NCBI GenBank assembly: GCA_003648985.1
Contig: QMQQ01000001.1
Location: 1 to 52,422 of the forward strand
Reading direction: 5' to 3'
DNA from: Candidatus Woesearchaeota archaeon
GTDB lineage: Archaea > Nanobdellota > Nanobdellia > Woesearchaeales > B54-G15
DNA length: 52,422 nucleotides
The notes under the pieces: generated by a model
Seen by the model: the letters and a program-made list of their open reading frames with translations, nothing else
Told to the model about the DNA's origin: nothing
Databases searched by the model: none
Shown: positions 46,599 through 52,422 of the stretch, piece after piece
Layout: each line of letters begins with the position of its first letter
Numbering within the stretch: the first letter of the stretch is position 1
Made by a program: the position numbers and the translations under genes

Positions 46599-46786
46599 AG
46601 CCCCGTGGTGTAGCGGTCAAGCATCCAGGCCTTTGGAGCCTGGGACGGCGGTTCGAATTAACCCTTTCCGCCAAACTTTTAGAAAAAGTTTGATCAAAAA
46701 CGGAAAAAGTGCACCTTCGGTGCAACCAAACTTTTAGAAAAAGTTTGATCAAAAACGGAAAGGGAACGAAAATCCGCCCGGGGCTA
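46599..46786 (+). tRNA. tRNA-Gln(UUG) with a 115-nt intron in the T-loop (59/60)
   Basis: AGCCCCG-TG-GTGT..CAGGC-CTTTGGA-GCCTG-GGAC-GGCGG-TTCGAA[46658..46772]T-CCGCC-CGGGGCT-A. The mature length is 73 nt. The BHB comprises the central helix TTCG/CGAA, two AA|T bulges and the outer helix CCCTTTCCG/CGGAAAGGG. Confidence 0.8.
46671..46761 (+). repeat. Perfect 36-nt direct repeat (2 copies, 55-nt period) inside the tRNA-Gln intron
   Basis: CCAAACTTTTAGAAAAAGTTTGATCAAAAACGGAAA occurs at 46671..46706 and 46726..46761. Each copy contains the hairpin AAACTTTT-AGA-AAAAGTTT. The spacer holds the hairpin GCACC-TTC-GGTGC. Confidence 0.9.
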
Positions 46787-46864
46787 TTTACTACATTAGT
46801 TCTGACTCTGCGAGCCCACTTTAAAGAACAAAACATTTAAATAAATAGAATTAGTACTAAACTT

Positions 46865-47383
46865 ATGATGAAAACGAAAAACAAAAGATTGATTTATGCT
46901 TTGATTATTGCACTCGCTATTATAGGGGTTGTTTTGTTTGTGTATTTAAGCAAATCAGCAATTACCCAGAGAGAAGTAGAAGAAATTACAGCACCTGCAA
47001 TAGAAGAAGAATTTCCTGAAAAAGAAACAGGTATTCCCAATCCTGCTAGTGTTTATTGCGAAGATTTAGGATACAATTACGTAATAAGAACTAACCCTAA
47101 AACTAAAGGACAATATGGAATATGTATTTTTCCTGATGGAAATGAATGTGAGGAGTGGGAATTTTATAGAGGAAAATGTGGACAAAAATTTACTTTTTGT
47201 GAACAACAAGGATTTAGAATAGAAAACAGAATTGATAATATGGGTACTTGGACTGCAGAATATGCTGTTTGTATTTTTGATGATGGTTCTGAGTGTCTGG
47301 AACAGGCTTATTTTGATGGTAAATGTAATCCTTCTGAATGTAAAAAATGGAAAATGTCAGAAGGCGGATGTATAAAATCTTAA
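46865..47383 (+). CDS. Exported protein with two DUF333 (putative hemolysin, COG3042-like) repeats
   Basis: A signal/TM segment is followed by NPASVYCEDLGYNYVIRT...GICIFPDGNECEEWEFYRGKCG. A second copy follows: FCEQQGFRIE...AVCIFDDGSECLEQAYFDGKC. Confidence 0.65.
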   Translation: MMKTKNKRLIYALIIALAIIGVVLFVYLSKSAITQREVEEITAPAIEEEFPEKETGIPNPASVYCEDLGYNYVIRTNPKTKGQYGICIFPDGNECEEWEFYRGKCGQKFTFCEQQGFRIENRIDNMGTWTAEYAVCIFDDGSECLEQAYFDGKCNPSECKKWKMSEGGCIKS

Positions 47384-47391
47384 TGATTTTC

Positions 47392-47482
47392 AGCGGACTT
47401 GCAACTCGGAATTTTTGCCTTCGGGAACGTTGCATTAAAATTCCGTCTTCCCTTCGGTCAGAGGCTTCTTGCGCAAAACAAG
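47392..47482. ncRNA. Candidate structured RNA / regulatory element in a GC-enriched intergenic stretch (unclassified)
   Basis: Two helices are mutually exclusive: GCAAC(47401-05)/GTTGC(47428-32) and CGGAATTTT(47407-15)/AAAATTCCG(47437-45). There are two CCTTCGG elements and a 7-bp hairpin CTTCTTG-CGCAAAA-CAAGAAG. Confidence 0.2.
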
Positions 47483-47532
47483 AAGATTTAAGTAAAATGT
47501 TTTAATTATCCTATGCAAGAGGTGAAAAAAAG

Positions 47533-47817
47533 ATGTTATCAAAAATACCTGCAAATCTTGAGAAAATAAAAAAAGAGGATTTGGACAAAGAGATACTAAG
47601 AATTGGAATAATAGCTGAATTGGATGCTATAAATCTTTATGAGCAAATGGCAGCTATGACTGAAAACGAAAATATTAGGAAAGTTCTTTTGGATATAGCA
47701 AAAGAAGAGAAGACACATGTAGGTGAGTTTCAAACTTTACTATTAAAAGAAGATAAAGAACAAGAAAAAGAGTTAGAAGAGGGTAAAAAAGAAATTGCTG
47801 AATTAACTGATAAATAA
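47533..47817 (+). CDS. Small ferritin-like / rubrerythrin-like four-helix protein (EncFtn-like)
   Basis: ELDAINLYEQMAAMTENENIRKVLLDIAKEEKTHVGEF has the E...Y and EExxH spacing seen in small ferritin-like/encapsulated-ferritin proteins. 94 aa. Confidence 0.5.
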   Translation: MLSKIPANLEKIKKEDLDKEILRIGIIAELDAINLYEQMAAMTENENIRKVLLDIAKEEKTHVGEFQTLLLKEDKEQEKELEEGKKEIAELTDK

Positions 47818-47944
47818 CCAGTAGCGACATTTCTTGGTTCAGTTTCGATTTCGAATTCGATATATTTATAAATGAATGCTAGATCTTGAACAAAAAGCTT
47901 AACATTCTCACGCCGAGAGGCGTGATAATTAGTTGGATGATAAA

Positions 47945-48379
47945 ATGGTAGGCGTGTTCGATGTTTACCCAAATGATTTGATCGAGAAGGCTGCTGAAGA
48001 ACTGAAGAAAGTTTCAGAGATAAAGCCGCCAGAATGGGCAAAGTTTGTTAAAACGGGTGTTCATAAAGAAAGGCCCCCTGCAGATCCTGATTGGTGGTAT
48101 AAAAGGGTTGCCGCAATTCTAAGAACGATTTACGCAAGAGGTCCGATTGGAGTAAGTAAACTGCGGACAAAATATGGAGGAAAAAGAAGAAGGGGTCATA
48201 AAATGCCCCATCATAGGAAAGGTAGCGGTAGCGTGATAAGAAAAGCATTGCAGCAGCTTGAAAAAGCCGGTTTAGTGGAGCAATCAAAAGATAAGTTGAG
48301 AAAAGGACGAATAATTACAGCAAAAGGAAAAAGTTTTCTTGATAAGATTGCTATAGGTCTTTTAAAGAAGCAAAAATAA
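47945..48379 (+). CDS. rps19e: Ribosomal protein eS19
   Basis: MVGVFDVYPNDLIEKAAEELKK..PPEWAKFVKTGVHKERPP..PDWWYKRVAAILRTIYARGPIGVSKLRTKYGG. Confidence 0.9.
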   Translation: MVGVFDVYPNDLIEKAAEELKKVSEIKPPEWAKFVKTGVHKERPPADPDWWYKRVAAILRTIYARGPIGVSKLRTKYGGKRRRGHKMPHHRKGSGSVIRKALQQLEKAGLVEQSKDKLRKGRIITAKGKSFLDKIAIGLLKKQK

Positions 48380-48380
48380 A

Positions 48381-48554
48381 ATGGCAAGGCATAAACCAAC
48401 TGCGAAAAAAAGAAGGCTTGTAAAGAAAATGAAGCAAACAAGATGGGCACCATTTTGGACAGTGCTAAAGGTATATGGTCCTGGAAGAAGAGTCCATCCA
48501 GGAAGACATACTAGAATAAAAAGGAGCTGGCGTAGAACGAGAACTAAAGCTTAA
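48381..48554 (+). CDS. rpl39e: Ribosomal protein eL39 (57 aa; not in ORF track)
   Basis: MARHKPTAKKRRLVKKMKQTRWAPFWTVLKVYGPGRRVHPGRHTRIKRSWRRTRTKA* is the eL39 pattern, directly after eS19. Confidence 0.85.
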   Translation: MARHKPTAKKRRLVKKMKQTRWAPFWTVLKVYGPGRRVHPGRHTRIKRSWRRTRTKA

Positions 48555-48555
48555 A

Positions 48556-48975
48556 ATGAGTTTTCCAATACATCGTGAGGAGAGATTCGTGGAGATGAAT
48601 AGGAAAAAATTAGAGGATTTATTGTTTGCTTTTAATAGCATTGCTAAGAAAGCAAGAATTCCGAGAGAGGTTTTTAGAGAAATGCTAAAAAAGAATGATG
48701 TTCCAAAAGAATTGCAGCAACCACTAGAACGAGCTGTTTATGGACGCTCTAAATATGTCGGCCTTGGCAGAGAAGTTCCTGTTGGAAATTGTGTTGGAGT
48801 ACTCGATAAATATTTCGGAGGATGGTGTTGTTTAAGCCTTACTGAAACAGTAGGATATTTCAGTTTAGGTTTGTTGGTTAAATTTGGAGCTTATATTTAC
48901 AATATTATTCATAGCATTTATAATGCGGTTAGCACTATTTTGCCTTTCAATTTATACAAAAAGAAAAATGCCTGA
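48556..48975 (+). CDS. Hypothetical protein with C-terminal hydrophobic segment, inserted between rpl39e and rpl31e
   Basis: ORF of 139 aa (the start may be the internal MNRKK). No family recognised. It overlaps the rpl31e start by 8 nt. Confidence 0.4.
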   Translation: MSFPIHREERFVEMNRKKLEDLLFAFNSIAKKARIPREVFREMLKKNDVPKELQQPLERAVYGRSKYVGLGREVPVGNCVGVLDKYFGGWCCLSLTETVGYFSLGLLVKFGAYIYNIIHSIYNAVSTILPFNLYKKKNA

Positions 48976-49441
48976 AGAAAAAACGCTTGAAAGGATATAT
49001 GTAGTTCCGCTTAGAAAAGAATGGTTAAAAGTAGCCCATTATAGAAGGGCAGAAAAAGCTGTAAGGGCAGTGAAGGCTTTTGTAGCTAAGCATATGAAAG
49101 TCGCACTTGAAGATGTTAAGCTCGGGAAATATTTGAACGAAGCTATTTGGCAACGTGGTGCAAAGAGACCTCCTCACAAGATAAAAATCATTGTTAAGAA
49201 AGAGAAAGAAAAGGCTTTTGCTGAGCTTGAAGGTTATGAAAAATTAAAGGAAAAAGAAGAAATGAAGTTAAAGAAAAAGAAAAAGGAGGTTGAAAAAGGA
49301 AAAGAAAAAGAAGAAATGAAAGTCGAAAAGAAAGAACAAAAAGAAGAAAAAGCTGAAAAAAAGCGAAAAGAAGAAAAGACTGAAAAAGAAAAGGAAGAAG
49401 TAATTAAATCTAATTCTGATGAAAATAAAAGAGCTGTGTGA
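48968..49441 (+). CDS. rpl31e: Ribosomal protein eL31 with about 70-aa K/E-rich C-terminal extension
   Basis: MPEEKTLERIYVVPLRKEWLKVAHYRRAEKAVRAVKAFVAKHMK...NEAIWQRGAKRPPHKIKIIV is the eL31 core. A low-complexity K/E tail follows. Confidence 0.85.
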   Translation: MPEEKTLERIYVVPLRKEWLKVAHYRRAEKAVRAVKAFVAKHMKVALEDVKLGKYLNEAIWQRGAKRPPHKIKIIVKKEKEKAFAELEGYEKLKEKEEMKLKKKKKEVEKGKEKEEMKVEKKEQKEEKAEKKRKEEKTEKEKEEVIKSNSDENKRAV

Positions 49442-50375
49442 AGATTTTATAGTATATGAAGTTCCGTTGATTGAAAAATTAAAGGTAAAAGGAAAATTCA
49501 CTTATTTTGTTTTAATGAAAAAAGACTACACAACGATTTCTGCTTTAAAGCTTGTGTCAAAGAAGGTTAAAATTCCTTTGAAATATTTTGGATTTGCTGG
49601 AAATAAAGATAGACATGCAGTAACATTTCAGCTTTGTTCTGTAAAGTTTGCTGGGGTACAAAGACTTAAGAATGTACCTTTAAGAGACATAAGGGTTGTT
49701 CCTGTAGGAAAAGGCGATAAGCCAATCAAGCTTGGCGATTTAAAAGGAAATTATTTCAAGATTACTGTAAGAAATCTCGATAAGGAGATCACTATAAAAG
49801 AAAAGGACATACCAAATTTTTTTGACGAGCAAAGATTTGGAAAAGAAGGGATAAATATCCACATAGGAAAGTTGCTTGTCAAAAAACAATTTTGTGATGC
49901 TGCGTCACTGATAAAAAATAAAGAGATTGCAAAGCATCTAGAGAAATATCCCAAAGATTGCGTTGGTGCATTGAGAAGGATTCCTCGCCAACTTTTAAAG
50001 TTGTATGTTCATGCTTATCAAAGCTGGTTGTGGAATGGGTGTGCAAGAAAGGTAATAGAAAAAGGCACAGGAAGTGACATTATGGCGCCCATTATTGGGT
50101 TTGGTACTGAGCTAGAAAAATATTCTGATTTGATAAGAAAGGTTGTGGAAGAACGAATGAAAGAAGAGAACATAACTATGAGAGATTTTGTTTTTCACCA
50201 AATTCCTGAATTGAGCGCAGGCGGTGATGATAGAGCGCTATTCGTTAGACCAAAGATAATTGACTATAAATATGCAACTGATGAATTGCATAAGGGAAAG
50301 AAAAAATTGACGATTAAATTTTTTCTTCCAAAAGGAAGCTACGCAACAAATGTAATTAAATTTCTCCTCGAATGA
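49419..50375 (+). CDS. truD: tRNA pseudouridine synthase TruD/Pus7-like
   Basis: FGFAGNKDRHAVTFQ (catalytic Asp motif GxKDxxAxTxQ), FDEQRFG, and the C-terminal LPKGSYATNVI. Confidence 0.85.
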   Translation: MKIKELCEDFIVYEVPLIEKLKVKGKFTYFVLMKKDYTTISALKLVSKKVKIPLKYFGFAGNKDRHAVTFQLCSVKFAGVQRLKNVPLRDIRVVPVGKGDKPIKLGDLKGNYFKITVRNLDKEITIKEKDIPNFFDEQRFGKEGINIHIGKLLVKKQFCDAASLIKNKEIAKHLEKYPKDCVGALRRIPRQLLKLYVHAYQSWLWNGCARKVIEKGTGSDIMAPIIGFGTELEKYSDLIRKVVEERMKEENITMRDFVFHQIPELSAGGDDRALFVRPKIIDYKYATDELHKGKKKLTIKFFLPKGSYATNVIKFLLE

Positions 50376-50994
50376 TTTTTAGTATCTGTTTGCTCGCCCT
50401 TTTAGATGCAGTAAATCCGTTTTCTGTGCTGATGTTAATTACTCTATCTCCATAGTATTCAAGTACAGGTTCTGTCTGTTCTTTATAGATTTTCAATCTT
50501 TCGCGAATTGCTTCTGGTTTATCATCTTCACGCTGGATTAGAGCAGTACCACACTGGTCGCATATCCCTGGTGTCTTCGGAGGCATAGAAATCAAATTAT
50601 AGATTGCACCGCATTTTGGACAAATTCTTCTATTGCTTAATCTTCTTATGATTTCATCTTCGGATAAAACAAAATTAAAAATATAATCTATTTTGAACGT
50701 CCTGTCAAGGGTTTTTGCTTGTTCGACATTTCTCGGGTAACCATCAAGAATAAATCCATTTTTGCAGTCGGGCTTTTCTATTCTTCGTTTTAGTACTTCA
50801 AGCACAAGATCGTCTGGAACAAGTTCGCCTCGATCCATATATGACTTCGCTTTAATACCAAGGTCTGTTTTATTCTTGACTTCTTCTCTTAGAAGATCCC
50901 CGGTTGAGATATGTGGAATTCCTAGCTCTTTTTTAACTATAGAAGCTATGGTTCCTTTTCCGCTTCCTGGAGGACCAAAAAAGACTATTATCAT
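50356..50994 (-). CDS. adk: Adenylate kinase (long, zinc-lid type)
   Basis: P-loop FFGPPGSGKGT, GDLLREE, ILDGYPR, and the lid CPKCGAIYN...CDQCG. Confidence 0.93.
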   Translation of the reverse strand: MIIVFFGPPGSGKGTIASIVKKELGIPHISTGDLLREEVKNKTDLGIKAKSYMDRGELVPDDLVLEVLKRRIEKPDCKNGFILDGYPRNVEQAKTLDRTFKIDYIFNFVLSEDEIIRRLSNRRICPKCGAIYNLISMPPKTPGICDQCGTALIQREDDKPEAIRERLKIYKEQTEPVLEYYGDRVINISTENGFTASKRASKQILKIIRGEI

Positions 50995-50997
50995 TTT

Positions 50998-51456
50998 TTA
51001 GCCAAGATATGCCAATTCTTCTTTAAGTTCTGTTTCTTTTGTCCAGCTTTTTGCTGATTTTTCAATAATCCGTGCGCTTTCTTTTTTTATAATTTTCCAT
51101 TTTTGCCAAACGAGTTTTATGTAATCAGCTGTTTTTCTGTCAGTTTCGTCTATTGCTGTTAGCATGTTCTGGCGTAATAGATAAAGAATGGTTCTGAACA
51201 AAGAGTAAATCTTTTCTCTTTCTTTGTCTGTGAAAGCGCGTGATTCGTGCATATCGATGAAATCTGCTTCTGGAAATAAGATTTGTTTTAGAAATTTTGA
51301 CAAAGTTGAAAGTTTATCGTTTATTTTTCTTCTGATTTCACGGAGAAAAAAATGTTCGTTCTCTATTGTGCTGATTTCAAATTCGTTGTTTATTGCATTA
51401 AACTCTGGAAGATTGTACTTCTGTTTGAGATGTTGATAAATTTTTTTAGCATCCAT
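50998..51456 (-). CDS. Hypothetical helical protein (152 aa)
   Basis: Well-formed ORF packed between adk and the Nudix gene. No family recognised. Confidence 0.5.
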   Translation of the reverse strand: MDAKKIYQHLKQKYNLPEFNAINNEFEISTIENEHFFLREIRRKINDKLSTLSKFLKQILFPEADFIDMHESRAFTDKEREKIYSLFRTILYLLRQNMLTAIDETDRKTADYIKLVWQKWKIIKKESARIIEKSAKSWTKETELKEELAYLG

Positions 51457-51457
51457 T

Positions 51458-52081
51458 TTATAACTTTTCTAGATATGCTTCAACTGGTTTTAGGGCTATA
51501 GTTGACCAATCTTCCATATCTGCGTTTTCATGAACGTATTTTAGTTCATCTATAGTAACCATTTTGCTGAAATGTATTTCTTTACCTTTTGGAATTATGT
51601 CTTTTTTTGTTTCTGCTATGTAGAGCAAACCGAAATGAACACTGCTAACGGGTGTTTTATCATAATTTATATAACCAATTAGTTTCAGGTTAAAGTTGCT
51701 CGTGCCGAGCTCTTCTTCTAGTTCTCTAAGTACGCTTGCTTCAATCGGATTTGCTTCATTTGATTCTTTATCCTGTAAATCAACATGGCCTCCAAAGCCA
51801 AAGGAAAACTTGCCCCTTAAACGAGCTTCTGCAACGTTTTCTTTCTTTTTGCTTCTCTGGTATAGCAAAACTTTTTTTGTAAAGGGATTAAGAACAATGA
51901 CATAGCCAATTGGTTGCTTGTATTCTGGTCTTGTTTCCATCAAATCGCGTTCATGCCATTCCTGATTTTGAAGAATTCTTTTAATGAAATCTGTTTCTTC
52001 GCTGTGCTCTTTAAATCCCTCAAAATAGGAGTCATTGGAAAACAGAGTTTCTCTTCTTACAACCATTATTTTCCTTTTCAT
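51458..52081 (-). CDS. Nudix hydrolase
   Basis: Nudix box GGHVDLQDKESNEANPIEASVLRELEEELG. The start is set at MKRKIMVV (52081) because the longer listed ORF runs through the tRNA-Thr gene. Confidence 0.75.
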   Translation of the reverse strand: MKRKIMVVRRETLFSNDSYFEGFKEHSEETDFIKRILQNQEWHERDLMETRPEYKQPIGYVIVLNPFTKKVLLYQRSKKKENVAEARLRGKFSFGFGGHVDLQDKESNEANPIEASVLRELEEELGTSNFNLKLIGYINYDKTPVSSVHFGLLYIAETKKDIIPKGKEIHFSKMVTIDELKYVHENADMEDWSTIALKPVEAYLEKL

Positions 52082-52099
52082 TTTTATGACCTCTTTAAA

Positions 52100-52171
52100 A
52101 GCCTCCGGTGGGATTCGAACCCACGACCTGCTGGTTACAAGCCAGCCGCTCTCCCGCTGAGCTACGGAGGC
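52100..52171 (-). tRNA. tRNA-Thr(UGU)
   Basis: The reverse complement reads GCCTCCG-TA-GCTC..GAGC-G-GCTGG-CTTGTAA-CCAGC-AGGTC-GTGGG-TTCGAAT-CCCAC-CGGAGGC-T. Confidence 0.9.
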
Positions 52172-52208
52172 GTTAGTAAATAGAGAGAAAAAGGTTGTTA
52201 TAAAAATC

Positions 52209-52421
52209 TTATGCTCTCCAGGCAGGATATGCCTGGCTTGGATGAAATAAACCTGGTTTTTCTGGCGTAAATGGAGCAAGTTTAAACCATTGTTTAAGCC
52301 ATGCTTGAAAATTGTATGCTTCGCGGTATAAATCAAGTTTTTTATCTTCGAAATCTTTTTTTAATAGTTTTTTTGCTACTGCTGTTCCGAAGGCCTTTAA
52401 TATCGGATGCTTTTTGAAAAA
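52209..52421 (-). CDS. C-terminal 70 codons of an unidentified gene running off the window edge
   Basis: The minus-strand frame is open from the window end: ...FFKKHPILKAFGTAVAKKLLKKDFEDKKLDLYREAYNFQAWLKQWFKLAPFTPEKPGLFHPSQAYPAWRA* (TAA at 52209..52211). It is more protein-like than the overlapping listed frame. Confidence 0.35.
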   Translation of the reverse strand, partial: FFKKHPILKAFGTAVAKKLLKKDFEDKKLDLYREAYNFQAWLKQWFKLAPFTPEKPGLFHPSQAYPAWRA

Positions 52422-52422
52422 T

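Noticed and set aside
46671-46761. Possible mini-CRISPR (36-nt repeats separated by a 19-nt spacer)
   Set aside because: There are only two copies, the spacer is far shorter than CRISPR spacers, the unit sits inside a tRNA intron and takes part in its BHB helix, and no cas genes or leader are in the window.
46658-46772. Intron-encoded C/D box sRNA, as in archaeal tRNA-Trp introns
   Set aside because: There is no RUGAUGA C box (the closest is TTGATCA) and no CUGA D box in either orientation. No terminal kink-turn pairing can be drawn.
46582-46836. 84-aa minus-strand ORF
   Set aside because: It is fully antisense to the intron-containing tRNA-Gln gene, and its peptide is Arg/Pro/Cys-rich nonsense. 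The tRNA plus BHB structure explains the locus better.
50356-50994. Adenylate kinase of the 'bacterial/eukaryotic' long type as evidence of horizontal transfer
   Set aside because: This Adk type is also native to several archaeal lineages. Without a phylogeny the observation is not informative.
52082-52336. N-terminal 85 codons of the listed 292-aa ORF (51458..52336)
   Set aside because: The extension reads straight through the tRNA-Thr(UGU) gene (giving ...SVAQRESGWLVTSRSWVRIPP...). The Nudix protein begins sensibly at MKRKIMVV (52081). A different frame upstream of the tRNA looks like the true C-terminus of another gene.

Overview
This is an AT-rich archaeal chromosomal window with sharply GC-rich stable-RNA genes. 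Archaeal markers include GatD/GatE, Kae1, Cdc48, prefoldin alpha, ribosomal proteins eS19, eL39, eL31 and eL41, an AMP phosphorylase, and BHB-type tRNA introns. The small, K/E-rich proteome, divergent 16S termini and split or truncated genes suggest a DPANN-like small-genome archaeon, but that is inference only. The minus strand carries a 16S-tRNAAla-23S operon (about 19.2-24.7 kb) with no linked 5S gene. The 23S gene is interrupted by a 714-nt intron that reads as a group I ribozyme and encodes a single-motif LAGLIDADG endonuclease. Ten tRNA genes are present. Three of them carry four introns between them: tRNA-Ala has two, tRNA-Ile(UAU) one, and tRNA-Gln a 115-nt T-loop intron with an internal perfect 36-nt duplication. 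Housekeeping genes include srp54, ftsY, ileS, class II RNR plus a corrinoid adenosyltransferase, iscS-iscU with a Cys-rich HTH regulator, gatD/gatE, cdc48, kae1, truD, adk and scpA. Selfish or accessory content includes a 437-aa intein in the phosphate-binding motif of AMP phosphorylase, one intact MNT/HEPN pair, one decayed MNT/HEPN pair at the left edge, a HicB-HicA-like fusion, and a PIN-like protein. Bacterial-type genes are Lgt and type-1 IDI. Three short ORFs absent from the ORF track are proposed: eL41, eL39 and a 32-aa zinc ribbon. I found no CRISPR array, and nothing I could defend as a multi-gene defence island. The most unusual content is RNA-level: intron architecture and repeats. 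All coordinates of RNA ends are hand-derived and approximate to a few nt.
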